DNA of 64,000 bases from Octopus sinensis (Eukaryota). Under the pieces are notes generated by a model. It was not told the DNA's origin, did no database searches, and saw only the letters and a program-made list of their open reading frames with translations. Positions 14,041 through 26,693 of the stretch are shown here, piece after piece. The translations under genes and the position numbers were made by a program. The DNA lies in contig NC_042997.1 in assembly GCF_006345805.1 (NCBI RefSeq), positions 161,944,001-162,008,000 of the forward strand. The letters are read 5' to 3'. Position 1 is the stretch's first letter; every line of letters begins with the position of its first letter.

Positions 14041-15254
14041 ATTCTTGATATAGATATGAACAATTATAACAATAGTTATTATTGCTAATTTCTAGAGTAA
14101 TAATAATAGTATAATAATAATAGTTTACACGCACATGGTATACATTTAATGAACTCAACATGTGATGGTGTTTCAAATTATAGATGGAGCCTTTTCTTTT
14201 GACTTATGCCAATTTTACTGGGAAACGAATAAACACCCTAATATGCTATTCCTTCTTACAAATATAAAACTTGTGCAAAATTAGAAGAAATTACAACCAA
14301 CAGAATTCTTGAAGGTAAGTGAAGAGAAGAAATGTTATGTTTTTGATACTGTTATATATAATATTAGCAGTATAAAATATTTCCAGTTAATAGATAATTA
14401 CTTTGTGGAATGAGATGCTTGATGTAGCACTAACTATTTGGCCAACAGGTAAAGAAATGCAAATACCTGGCAATATTCCTGATACCAAGCCCCTAATATT
14501 AGTCTTTGCTTGACCTAGGACAACAGTTGTTTTAAAGAGATGAAATATAGAAAGATATGCCTAACAAACAGTGACCACATCCAATCCCTTTCTAAGAATT
14601 CTGCAAATCCCATATCCTCAGCACTTGTCTAAGAACCATTTGCCATGGCTTCCCAAGCCACTGTATAGAGAGTTTGGACAGTTAATGAGCCTTCTGACCA
14701 GTCAAAACATCCTTTCCACAGGAAGTGAAAAACAATTTCAATTTAGTCATATGAAAACTGGTCAAATCAAATTGGTTCAAAAACTTACTTCAGTATGGTA
14801 CTTTTTTTTATTGATCTCTATAATTGAATTCTTAAGTCATTTTTCCAATATATTCATATCCCAAAAAACAAGAAATTCACATACTGATTAAGTAATTAAG
14901 AGAGACTCCCTTGTTTCAAAATGACAAATATAGAAATTTATGGAGCCATTATTTAAAAATGCAATTTTAGATGTGCCAGCTTGGGAGCATCTAGCTGGCC
15001 AATGCTTGTCCTGCTAAAAATAGTAACCAAATTTTTCTCATATCACACTTCACCATCTTCAAAGTGAAAGTATGCACCATATAATACAATCCTACATTGA
15101 GCATGTATGAAAAGATATGATGATCAAAGCCAGAATGGTTACTTTATCAGAAGTAACCTTGGTTAAAACAGCAACAATAAAACTACATCATTTTCTAGTG
15201 TTATGAATGAAAATAACATTTCAATTGTCATGATTTCCCTTCAGAGAAAAAAAG

Positions 15255-15270
15255 AAGAGAGAGAGAGAGA

Positions 15271-15313
<43 letters not shown>

Positions 15314-15428
15314 TATGTGTGTGTGTGTGTGTGTGTGTACGTGCATGCACATGTGTTCATGTCAGTATGCACACACACATGTGAGTGTGAGTGTGCATGT
15401 GTTCCCATGTGTGTGTGTGTGCATGTGA

Positions 15429-15459
<31 letters not shown>

Positions 15460-15460
15460 C
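15255..15460. repeat. (GA)n/(GT)n compound microsatellite
   Basis: Directly visible. Similar (CA)n, (CATA)n, (GAAA)n, (ATT)n and (CAT)n tracts occur at ~10890, 23400, 27430, 30840, 34145, 36190, 39350, 48445 and 63450. Confidence 0.95.
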
Positions 15461-15562
15461 ATTCAATTTGCTTAAAGAAATATTGCTGGATAAGATAAAT
15501 GATACATTTTTCAGACTCAGATGCTATACAATGATATATGAATTATATTTAAGGTTCATTAC

Positions 15563-15829
15563 CATTTACTTTCAAGTTTGCCGCAGTAGAGATACCATCT
15601 GCAACACAAGAGTATTCAGCAGTATCTTCTGCATTAGCATGTTTTATTATAAGTTTGTGAAGTCTTCTATCAGAGCTTGTTTCAACTCTTTCAGTTTCTT
15701 TCAAGTTCTCACCATTTTTCAGCCAAGTTACTAAAACATTATCTTGAACAGTAACACATGTAAAAATAGCAATCTGTTTTTCTTCCACAGTAAGACTTTT
15801 CAACTTTTGCGAAAAGCCAGAAGTTTGTT
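15563..15829 (-). CDS. Exon g (267 bp): single Ig domain, paralog 3 of 6
   Basis: atttcag|AA CAA ACT ... AAT G|gtaatg. EQTSGFSQKLKSLTVEEKQIAIFTC...W...DTAEYSC. Confidence 0.93.
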
Positions 15830-17682
15830 CTGAAATATATATGAAATCAGTAAATTTATATGAATCACAATATATATATATATTAGACAAAATTTTTCAA
15901 TTGAAGAAAAAAGAAATAAATGTGAAAGTAGGTACAAGTTTTAATGATGAACCAGGAAACTTTATCAATAACCATGATTCTTGTTCAACACAGAAGTAGC
16001 TAGGTTAATGAACAACTTGTTAACTAATCCTAATATATTTTGCCCAACCAGTGAACACAACCTTACTATGATTATTTCTGATGTTAAAAGCAATGAAAAT
16101 ACTCGAATCAACCAAATTTCTTTTCTAATTACTACAGTTCTTGAGTCATCTGTAACAATTAGTTAATAAAATAGTTTTAAATAATCTAAGACAATTTCTT
16201 AAAATATTAATACTTATATATTCAACTCTTTCCCTGCTAAAGAAAGAGGCCATATTAACTTCCTACAAGTGCCAATACTACAATAATACAATACTACATA
16301 CACAATACATCAGCCAACCATTACTACTCACCTCAAATATACTAGTTCTAAATCTTAAAGTTCAGCTCAATTGATATTGATCTATATAACTACTCTGCTA
16401 CATTTCTACTATTTATTCCATTTATAATTTGTTCCCTAAATTCATCAAACACCTGCATTTATAGTACCATATCATCTGTAATATGAATGGAAACTTGAGA
16501 ACCTTGCAAAAATATACTAGAATCCAAACTGATTAGACTAGCTGTACTAGCAATTTTAAGATGACAAAAATTATTGTTAATGTACATTCAAAGGTGACTA
16601 AAATAGATTTTACAAAGTATGGTGGGGGTTTTTTATGTTTTTTTTTTTTTTATATTAGAGCTCAACAGTTTTTAGCCTTTCCACTTTTTAATTTACCCAA
16701 ATCAACTCAGATAATAACTATTTTCTAGTCCCTATTTCTCTGACTTTCTAATTATACTTCTTTGCTAAAGAGTCTTCTATATGGACAAAATGAGCTGTCA
16801 CATTATAAATTTCTTCATCAGTAGCAACTTTTAACATAGCACTTAAACACATTGAAAATTCGAGGATAATTTTCATTATACATGCCATACACAGTATCTT
16901 TTTCTAAATCACATATTCTTTATTTCACCAAAAAGTCATTAAGATTTGATTTCCCTTCATTATTGGTCTACATTGACAAAACTTTATCATATCTAGGATT
17001 TGTAAACTTATGTGTTCCCTAATGTCACTGACTGCCTTCAGAAAAGAAATATTTGTCAGCAAACTCTTTTACTTTTTCATAATCAGACTCCAGATCTTCA
17101 CCTATTTTATACTGTATTTTCCTTCATTGTTAAAACAGATCCAGCTTCTTTGAAACTAATATTACTGCCATTCACTCAAAAATGCTCTTATACTATTGAT
17201 ACTGAAAAACTTTCTTTAACATTACAAAGTGTTCTTTTTTTTCCAAAATCATAGCATTGAAACCCCCTTTGTATTTCATGTTTCTTTAGTTTTTCACTTT
17301 CATCAAGCATATTTCATGCACATTATGTTCAAAATAATACAGACTACAAAGTATATATTGCTTAGTGTTCAGAAAGGCTTTGGAAAGCTGGCTTAATAAA
17401 AGTAAGTCAGAAATTATCAAGCTAAAATATGAAAACAGTTCATAAGTATGTTATGTGTTATGTATGAGAATATATCATTCTCTATATTAAAGTTAACAGG
17501 GTAATCTAACTATAAAATTTTAATAAAAAAATTAAGGGAAAATATATGTCACTTTGATACTTTTCAGCTGTATTCCATAAAAAAATTAATCTATGATATA
17601 TTTGCAGGAAAAGGAACAATGATGTGTTTATTCTATGAACCATTTAACATATTAAGAACTTCATAAATGTATGTTCACTCAC

Positions 17683-17949
17683 CATTTACTTTCAGTTTTG
17701 CTGAAGTTGAGATGTCATCAATAACACAGGTGTATTCACCATCATCTTCAGCAGTAACATGTTTAATAATAAGTTTATGAAGTCTTTTATCTGTTGTTGC
17801 CTCAACTCTTTCGGTTTCTTTGATCTTTTTGCCATTTTTAAGCCATGTAACAGTGATATTTTCTTGTATGCTTACACACATGAAAATGGCAGTTTGTTTC
17901 TCATCCACTGTGAGACTTGTTAATTTTTTCGAAAAGCCTGTGTTTATTT
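17683..17949 (-). CDS. Exon f (267 bp): single Ig domain, paralog 2 of 6
   Basis: tgttttag|AA ATA AAC ... AAT G|gtgagt. EINTGFSKKLTSLTVDEKQTAIFMC...W...DDGEYTC. Confidence 0.93.
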
Positions 17950-18469
17950 CTAAAACAAAAAAGAAGTTCTTGTAAAAAGATATTCTCTATTAATAAAGTA
18001 TCAAAAAAACATGTATAAACGTGAACAAGGTATGTTCATATAGAACAACCAAGGATTTTAATCCAACTCAAGACTGTTTTATCTTTCACAAAGTACAAAT
18101 TTAATAAACAATACCATGCACTTTTCACTACACATATGCTTGTTTACACACACACACACACACATCTATGCACACACCAGTTGTAGACCTTTTACACAAC
18201 AGAACTAAAATCTATGAAGCTTGATAAGAAAGGTGAGTTCATGATACTAAATCACTATTATTAATATAACTGCAATGGAAAATTTTAATTTTTAGTGTGC
18301 ATATGTGTCTCTATATGTATCTGCCACTATGTTTAAGTGCACCTCTTCAATAAATTATATATAAACATTATTCTAAGAATTTCAAACAATTATATCTAAT
18401 GAATAAATTGCAGATAAATGCACACAAAGTACATTCTGAAAGTTTTTTTTATAATATAATTACATTGCT

Positions 18470-18672
18470 CAAAGCAGCGAGCTGGTAGAATCATTAACAC
18501 ACCTGATAAAATGCTAAGTGGCATTTCATCTGTTTTTACATTCTGAATTCAAGTTCAACCAAGTTCAACTCAGCTTTTTATCCTTTCAAAGTTGATGAAA
18601 CAAGTACCAGTTGAACACAATTAATTTATCCCCCACCCCAAACTTGCTGGCCTTGTGCCAAAATTTGAAATC
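18470..18672 (+). mobile_element. SINE family A copy
   Basis: GCTGGTAGAATCATTAAC...AAATGCTAAG...CCTTTCAAAGTTGATGAAACAAGTACCAG...CTTGTGCCAAAATTTGAAATC. Confidence 0.7.
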
Positions 18673-20659
18673 AGTAAAATCATATTGTTTATGGAAAGAA
18701 TTATTACAAAAATAATTTAGGTTAACTGTGAAGTCTCTAACACAGAGTCACTGAAAAAAAAGAACTTTGCGTTTTACAGTTTTTAATTCAGATCCTATCA
18801 ATGTTGCTTTCTTGTAATAGTCAAGAGTAGATCAATTATTTCATTCTAACATTATGTAATATTTATTATCTATCAAGAAGGTTTGTGAAAAACTGAATAC
18901 ATCCATTACAATAGGAATCTAGATTACCAAACAAAAGCCAATCATAAATTTGATAAGTTTGTGGTACTAAGTCAACATATTAACAGACAAAACTTATAGT
19001 ATTTTAATACCACCAAGCTGGTTCTTTGGTGACTTTAATAGAGTTCACTTTGTTGCAAGTATTTTTGTCAGGTCTCATTTCCTTCCTTCCCTCCCTCTAT
19101 TAATCTTAGAGGCCCTTTAAAGTATTCTAGAAACTTCCCATTTTCCACTGCCAATGCCTGCTAAAAGAATTCTTTAGTGTAGACAAAATTAACATCTCTT
19201 TACTGCCTTAATGCATAACATTCTGCCAAAATGCACAGTATAATTTTGACAGTATGATCTTCACAACATCCTGCCTATGCATAAACAAAACACAACTAAA
19301 CCATCAACTTTTCTGCAAATACTTTACACCACAAATTCTGAGGATTTTAAGTATGACATCCTATATATAATGTTGTTACAAGCTAAAGATTAAGCTTCCT
19401 TTCCAGAAACATAAAATACCTCATATATAATCAGTTGCAGATCCTCTACAGAGTCTACATATGACTGATATGCAAATACTGCCCATATATCTTGGGTATT
19501 TCCAGGACTAGAAATTTTGTATGTGATATATACATCCTCTCTCCATAAGAATGCTCATTCCTCAACATACAATGGCAAATGACTCACACATTCACTGTCT
19601 CTTCTCTCTGACCCTCTTTTCTGAAAATGGGTGTTACTTTTCTGCATGCCTCCTCTACTCATTATACCTCTTATCCTCTCATCAACACTATCATGCATCA
19701 CTTATAGATACTTTTCCTAATCCTTATTTCTCAACAGCTACCTAGTTTTCCTGCAGACATTAATCTCCAAATTTTTAAAGTGGAGATCAATGTCCACAGG
19801 AAAAAGCTTACTAGTTTGTAAGGGTTTAAAAAGTAATGAGTGTTTCATCTATGAACCTAACTAAAAGTGCTTTAACACTAAGTTACAACTGAAGGCTTTG
19901 GTGCTTCAACTTCATGTAATTTTCAAGTTAGCTTCATGGCCTCTATTCCTATCCAAGCTATTGTCTAAAGCTGAATATTACATGAATGAGGAGTAAGTGA
20001 AATAAAATGGCTTGCCCAGGATTTGAGCATGAAATGTAAATACAGCATGCCATCTACTTACTATCTCATATAACTTTCAGCATATTGATAAATTGAAAGT
20101 TCAGTATCTAAATAAAAGAATTGCCAAATAATATTTTGTGTATTATGTAGCAACTTAAAAATAAATTAACTTGCCCTGAAAAGATGTAAATTCTGAATAA
20201 CTTTGCAAATATACAAAATACTACATTATAGTTATCGTCATCATCATCATCATCATCATTGTTTCTTTCTTTTTTTTCTTTCATGTTTTTCATGGATTAG
20301 ATGGCTCTTTTCCAGTGCAGTTTCTGACATTTCAGTTCAGTTCCTTGTTAGCTTGCTTATGAGGTGAAAGTTAGCAATCTAAAGTCAACCTTTACTACTT
20401 CTCATGATTTTCTTTTCAGTTGGCTCCTTCCACTTAGATTATTTGACATTCTCCACCCAAATGTCAGCCTTCATATACATCACAGGTTCATATCACCTCA
20501 GTTGACTCTATTATACACTGCAGCTGATTCATCTTATAGCCATTTTTTTTCTCAAAACTCATCTCTGCTCCCTTGTCATACACATTAACATTACTTATAT
20601 CATTAACATTACTGTTATCTAAGATCTGGTAGAGAATGTTTGTAAAAAGGGTAACTTAC

Positions 20660-20926
20660 CATTTACTTTTAAGTTTGCTTTAGTTGAGGCTTTCTCGATA
20701 ACACAGGTGTAGTCACCCCTATCTTCAGCAGTAACACGTTTGATGATAAGTTTATGGAGTTTTCTGTCAATTATTATTTCTGTTCTGTCAGTTTCAATGA
20801 TCTTCTTGCCATCTTTCAGCCAAGTAACAGAAGGATATTCCTCTGCACTTATGCATGTAAAAATGGCCATTTGCTTCTCATCTACTGTCACATCTGATAG
20901 TTCTTCCAAAAAGTAAGCACCAATAT
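20660..20926 (-). CDS. Exon e (267 bp): single I-set Ig domain, paralog 1 of 6
   Basis: aatttag|AT ATT GGT ... AAT G|gtaagt. DIGAYFLEELSDVTVDEKQMAIFTC...VTWLKDG...LHKLIIK...DRGDYTCV. Confidence 0.92.
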
Positions 20927-21099
20927 CTAAATTTAAAAAACAAAAAAAATCATGAAACCAAAGAAATATAAAAGAACATGAAATATTTCAAATCAAGCAA
21001 ACTATAAAAGCTCTCGTCATCAAATTTTATGTTATAATCCTATGAGCATAAAATGTTAATAACCACCATCACCTCTATGATCATCATAAACATTTTATA

Positions 21100-21430
21100 T
21101 ATCATTAGCATTTAATGTTTATTTTCCATGATGGCATGGATTGGATGGTTTGGCAAGGTTTCTACAGCTGGATGCTCTTTCTAATGCCAACCACTTTACA
21201 GAGTGTACTAGGTGCTGTTTTTGCCACCAGCACTAGTGAAGTTGCTAAGTAAGTTGCAAAACAGAAAAGGAACAAGGATAAACCCCCATGACTAAGTGGG
21301 GAAAGTAGTTGAGAGGTGGGGGTTGGCTTTATGCCAGATGTTGAAAGGCTAAAATATGACAGAGAGAGGGACAAACAAAAGAGTCTTGCTACTAAGGATA
21401 TACATGGCTACCCTACATTATGTAAAGGTG
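21100..21430 (-). mobile_element. RTE-type LINE/SINE 3' tail remnant
   Basis: CCATG.TGGCATGG.TTGGA.GGTTT...CTACAGCTGGATGC.CTT.CTAA.GCCAACCAC motif shared with 28470, 30290, 32370 and 62450. Confidence 0.65.
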
Positions 21431-22266
21431 GGTGTGAGTAGCTGGTAGGAAGATTAAGCTAGCAGTGAAAGGTTATCCTAAAAGAATAAAAGTACTTATA
21501 AAGATAGAATACCTAATTCATTTATTTAAAACAATTTTTTTTTAAGAATTATGTCTAAGGATTTTTTTATATATATATCTGAGGAAAGTTCTCTCAAAAT
21601 AGAAGTCAGCTTGATAAGTAAGTCTGATAAAATTAATATGACAACTGAAAATTTGGTTGTTTGTAAATCACAGGAATACTCAAAAGAATGAATATTTTAT
21701 GTAAATTTTAAGTAAAAAAAATATTGTATATTGAGAAGAACTGTAAATGTGATTCAGATGACTCTTTTCTTTATATTTTGCTATTTCCACTTTGGCATGA
21801 TGACATTAAAACTGAGACTTGTGAAATTTTAGGTAGTTTTTGAAAAAGTCAAGAAATAAATATATATCATTTCCAAATACGTCAATTTTCATAAATCATT
21901 CATCTGTGATGGTTTATAAATAACAATGAATTTAGATCTACAAAGTGTGATTTATAATCTGAATTGTTGCTGAAATGAGGAATGAGTGTAGGTAAGAATT
22001 TCAAGAAATGCAATTCTGGATAGTATTTCAAGAAATGCAATTCTGGATTAGGTAAAAATTTAATACTTGTTCAGATAGGTCGATATTGCTGGTAAAGAGA
22101 TGAAATATATTCTGAAAGTGCATTGAAACAAGTTTAGATATGAGTATTATGGAAGTAAAAGTTCTAAGACACAGATATTCTGGTAACAATAAGTAAGACA
22201 AAGAAGGTGTATCTTGTTAAGTAACATGTTTGAATAATAACAGTTCAGGAGAAATCAAACACTTAC

Positions 22267-22464
22267 CTCCAACTTCAAATTCAAATTCAGTTGAAGTTGT
22301 ACCATATTGGTTTTCTGCAATACATGTATATTTTCCCATATGTTGGTCAGAAGCATTTGTAAATTTCAAAATATGTCTTCCTTCTGATTCATATATTTTG
22401 ATATCTTCTCTGCTTGTAAGTATTTCCTCATTTTTCATCCATTTAATGTGAGGTTTAGGGTAAC
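22267..22464 (-). CDS. Exon d (198 bp, phase 1-1): rest of Ig domain 2
   Basis: taatag|GT TAC CCT ... GGA G|gtaagt. GYPKPHIKWMKN...HILKF...DQHMGKYTCIAENQYG. Confidence 0.92.
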
Positions 22465-22758
22465 CTATTAAGAAACGTTGGTGCAAAATAAATGTGAATC
22501 TTACAAAAATATGATCTTATATGTATATTTTAGATTTATTTCTTTTGAAGTTAAAAAAAATCATTTTAAAATAATTTTTAGTTTTTTTCAAAATAACATG
22601 AAGATGTTTTAATAATATTACATTAAAAGCTCAAGTATTTTCCAGGTTATTAAGCTCATCATTGTTTGTCTTAATAATTTATCTAAACATTTCAGACATA
22701 TGATTTAATAAATGATTCATATTTTATATTCATTTTGTCTATAGCAAAATGTTTTTAA

Positions 22759-22931
22759 CCCTTTAGCATTGAATTAATCATGCACTGAATTAATCATGCA
22801 TTGTTTTGAAGAAACTATTGTTTATTTTTAAAATACATTGAAGAGTAGGTGTGAGAGGCCAAATCTGGCCAGTTTGAACATAAAACAGATAGAATATTTA
22901 AGCCTGACATGACCAGTTTAAATGCTAAAGG
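22759..22931. mobile_element. piggyBac-like MITE (~173 bp)
   Basis: TTAA|CCCTTTAGCATT...AATGCTAAAGG|TTAA: short TIRs and a TTAA duplication (22755-58, 22932-35). Confidence 0.7.
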
Positions 22932-23164
22932 TTAACACTGAAATTATTCTAGAATAAATCATAATTAAGGATAGTAATGCAAATGTAAAAATAATATTCT
23001 AGACTGAGAGATATTAACTAAAAGTTATGACTATTTTTTTTTTTTCGAAGTAAACTACCAACCATTTTACATAAGAAAACCTTATGTCCTTGTATATTTT
23101 CTAAGAACAGACATAAAAGAAATTAAGAAGTTATAAAAGTTGAAATATATTCATTTATTCTTAC

Positions 23165-23253
23165 CAGACACTTTACAGGAAAATATACAGGATTTGGATA
23201 TTCTAACCTTCTGAGAAATGGGTTCTTCAAGGAATTTTGGTTTTTCTTTTAAA
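23165..23253 (-). CDS. Exon c (89 bp, phase 2-1): start of Ig domain 2; absent from the ORF track
   Basis: ttttttgccag|T TTA AAA GAA AAA CCA AAA TTC ... GTG TCT G|gtaaga gives SLKEKPKFLEEPISQKVRISKSCIFSCKVSG. Its phases bridge exons b and d exactly. Confidence 0.88.
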
Positions 23254-23502
23254 CTGGCAAAAAATTTGTAACAGATAAAATTTTAATTCTTGTCATTTAA
23301 TTTCATTTATAATATTGACTTTTCATTAATAATAATAACAGTCTTTAGATCCAATTTCATTGACATGTGGTAATTTCTTCTACTTTTGCTTTCAGCATAC
23401 ATGCATGCATGCATGCATACATACATACATACATACATACATACATACATACATACATACATACATACATACATACATACTACATACATACATACATACA
23501 TA

Positions 23503-23548
<46 letters not shown>

Positions 23549-23549
<1 letters not shown>

Positions 23550-24727
23550 TAGGTTGTTTTACATGAAAGTTGTATTTGAAAGGTAACAATAAAATGTTTC
23601 AGAAGTGTTAGGGAACTGATTTATTTACTTAAAGTATGATCCATGTTCCTTTATGGCATTTACCCAATGTTTCTCTATGTCATACATTTCATCTTTAAAA
23701 AAATATTCATCTTTTGCTGTGATACACTGTCTGAATGCTTCAATGACCTCTTCTCTTTTTAAGAATGTTTTATTGCTTATGAAAAGCTCAAAATGCTTAA
23801 ATAAGTGATAATCAAAGGAATAAGGAGGATGTTACAAAATCTCATAATTCAGGCTTTGCAACTTTTGGACTGTAGCTTGAGAAGTGTGAGGATGTGCATT
23901 GTCAAGGAGCAAAATTGGGCCATCTTTATTCACTAGTCTGGATTGCTTCTTTTTCAAATTCTCATGCCATTTCCTAGCAATACGATGTTGCTGTTACCAT
24001 TTTTCTTTGTTGCAAAAATGAATACAAATAACTCCCTTTGCAGTCCACCATACATTGACCACTAACTTTTTCGGATGCAATGGTGGGTTAGGATAGTGTT
24101 TAGATGACTCTCCTGCATCTAATCACAGTCCTGTTCTCCTGCTGCTTTCAAAGAGTATCCGTTTCTCATCACAAGTAATGATTTGATGCAAAAATGGTTT
24201 TTTTCCAGTCGGAAAAGCAATAAGCAGCATACTTTGAGGCATGTTTTTTTATTTAATCTCATTCAGTTGATGTGGAACAAATCTATCCATTTTCTTAACT
24301 TTTCCAATTTTTTACAGGTGTCAAAAAACAGTTGTGCAAGATGTCTGGAGTTCTGATAAGACATCAACCAACGCATTTAATCCTTCATGCTGAATAACTG
24401 ATTTTGGCCTACCCCTTGGTTTATTTTTAGACTATCATCTCCTGAACGAGAGTTTTGGAATCATCTCTGCACAGTTCTGATGTCAACAAAACCATTACCA
24501 AAGGCCCGCTTGATATTCTGTAAAGCTTCTGTGGCAGAGTGACCCAGTTTGTACTCATACAAGAAAATCACACAACATAGTTTGATTGTTATCATTTTCA
24601 TAAGATCTGTGAGTACGAATTTTGTATACCAATATTGATGGGAAAGAAAAAGAGTTAAGATTAAATCCAAGGTATACATAATTGAGTTTTTAAATGACTG
24701 AAATAACAAATAATTAAAAATGGGACA
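23549..24727 (-). mobile_element. Decayed mariner (cecropia/Hsmar1-like N-terminus)
   Basis: Minus strand FLYEYKLGHSATEALQNIKRAFG...TVQR*F and HPPYS...DYHLFKH. Terminus TTAGGTTG next to a TA repeat. Confidence 0.75.
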
Positions 24728-25019
24728 TATATATATATATTTAGGTTGGTTGTAATAGCTGGTTAGAGAGTGACCATTGGTTTCGCCCCTGTAAAGTGCT
24801 TAGCTGTATAGGTGACTCATCAGATTCAAATGGCTGGAGGCACATAACTTCTCTACAGCTGGAGCTAGGAAAACATCATGGTCAGTTAGTTTTGTAAACA
24901 AAAAATACATCTGGAATGACACTGCAGATAGGGTTTCAAGCAAGATTGGGTTATCCCCCTTACATCGGCTCCAACCCCACCCTCCACTGAGCAGTCACTG
25001 TACACCCTACATAAGCATC

Positions 25020-25700
25020 CTGCTCACCTGCTCAGATGATTCCCAAGAGGTAGTTAATAGTTTCTCTTGTCTAGTTGGCCTTATTAGCAGTGTGTATGGG
25101 TGCTCTGAAAGTTTAGTTACCAGAGTAAGAAGGGACTGGTTAATATTCAGGGTGTTACAACCTCTGCTAGTTACAAAGGGCCTCTTCTTCAAAATGAAGA
25201 GCAGATAGTATGATACTTGTGTGCAAAATATGATGTTATGTAGTACTGAGATACAAGCCTTGAATTCAGAGTATTTGCAAAGAAAAGAAAGAAATGAAGG
25301 AATTATGCTCCGCTGGATGGGTAATGTTTGTATAAATGAATGGCGAATGAGTTGAGACATGTGTAAAAGAATCAGATTGCATTGACACAGTTTTGTGATG
25401 TAGGTGGAAGATGGCAGTTGCATGAAAAAAGAGTTGAGCACTCAAAGTGGATGGTGCCTGTAGAAAAGGAAAACCGAGAAAGATATGAACTGAAGTGGTG
25501 AAAACCAATCTTAAGATGTTGCACTTCACAAGGAACTGTGACAAATCACAACACTACACAAACACTCTCTCTCTCTATCTCTTTCTCTTTCTTTCTCTCT
25601 CTCTCCCACTTTTCCTTTCTATCTCCCTCTATTTATCTATCTATCTATCACTTTCTCATGCAAGCATGGCAGAGAGTGCACTAAAACAGGCACTGATGGT
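25020..25700 (+). mobile_element. RTE-clade LINE fragment (post-RT region)
   Basis: VVNSFSCLVG...TRVRRDWLIFRVLQPLLVTKG...YDTCV...MLRWM, homologous to the 33010-33255 frame. Confidence 0.7.
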
Positions 25701-26081
25701 GACATGATGCTCTTTCTGTACTCATTCTCTACTACCTCATACTCCTACTTTTCTTCCTTTCACTCCCCTTATCTTCTCCTCTTTTCTGCCACTTCAACAC
25801 CTTCCAATCTCTGGTTCTCTGGCCCCCCTCCACCACCTACCTGACCCACTCACACTTTCTAGCATAAGGTAGAATAACACTGGATCCTTCTACTCAAATC
25901 ATCATGTCACCTTTACCATTCTGTCTCACTCAGTCTGTGGACCTAAACACTAATGATATAAAGAAAGGCTTCATTGTAATGTAAATGAGGTGATTCTAAA
26001 ATAAAATTCCACAAATGATTGTTGTTTGATAAAAGACTAAGAAATAAGAATTACGAAGAAAAATCTTAAAATAGATAGTAC

Positions 26082-26280
26082 CTCTCAACGTTAACCATAA
26101 TGTCGCCAATTTTAGTACCCTCAGTATTGTGTGCCGTAACAGTATACTTTCCACTGTCTTTTTCTGTAGCTGCTGCTATCTCCAAGCTGTACTTATCATT
26201 TTTCTTTCTTAGAGTGAAATTATAGTTAGTTCTGATAGCATTTCCATCTTTAAACCATTTTACATCAGGCTCGGGATAAC
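26082..26280 (-). CDS. Exon b (199 bp, phase 1-2): rest of Ig domain 1
   Basis: tttaaag|GT TAT CCC ... GAG AG|gtact. GYPEPDVKWFKDG...YSLEI...DSGKYTVTAHNTEG is a classical I-set signature. Confidence 0.92.
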
Positions 26281-26693
26281 CTTTAAAAATGAAACAATTA
26301 TTCATAATTAACAATTTATTCAACATTCTCATACATATCAGTTTTTTATAGGATATGCAATGCATTATTATCGTTAACAAAATAATCCCTCATTCAATTA
26401 AGTTTTCTACTTTAATCATAAAGATAAAACACAGGTACATAAAATAGAGATACCAAAACTTGACATTATATATATAATTTTTTATATATACCAAAATTAA
26501 TTAGTTAAAATAACATGATTTCATTTCTAAAAATGAACTTTCAAATATATATTGTTACTCAACAAGTTATTTGCTAGCAATATATAACTTGGGGAAATTA
26601 TTTAATGGTTAATTTTGATTAATAAATTCATAATTTAACATCAATAAAATAATAAGACTCATATTTTAGATTTAAATCTAAAAATAAATTTAC

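Noticed and set aside
21998-22048. 24-bp direct repeat with a 27-bp period
   Set aside because: Ordinary small tandem duplication in an intron.
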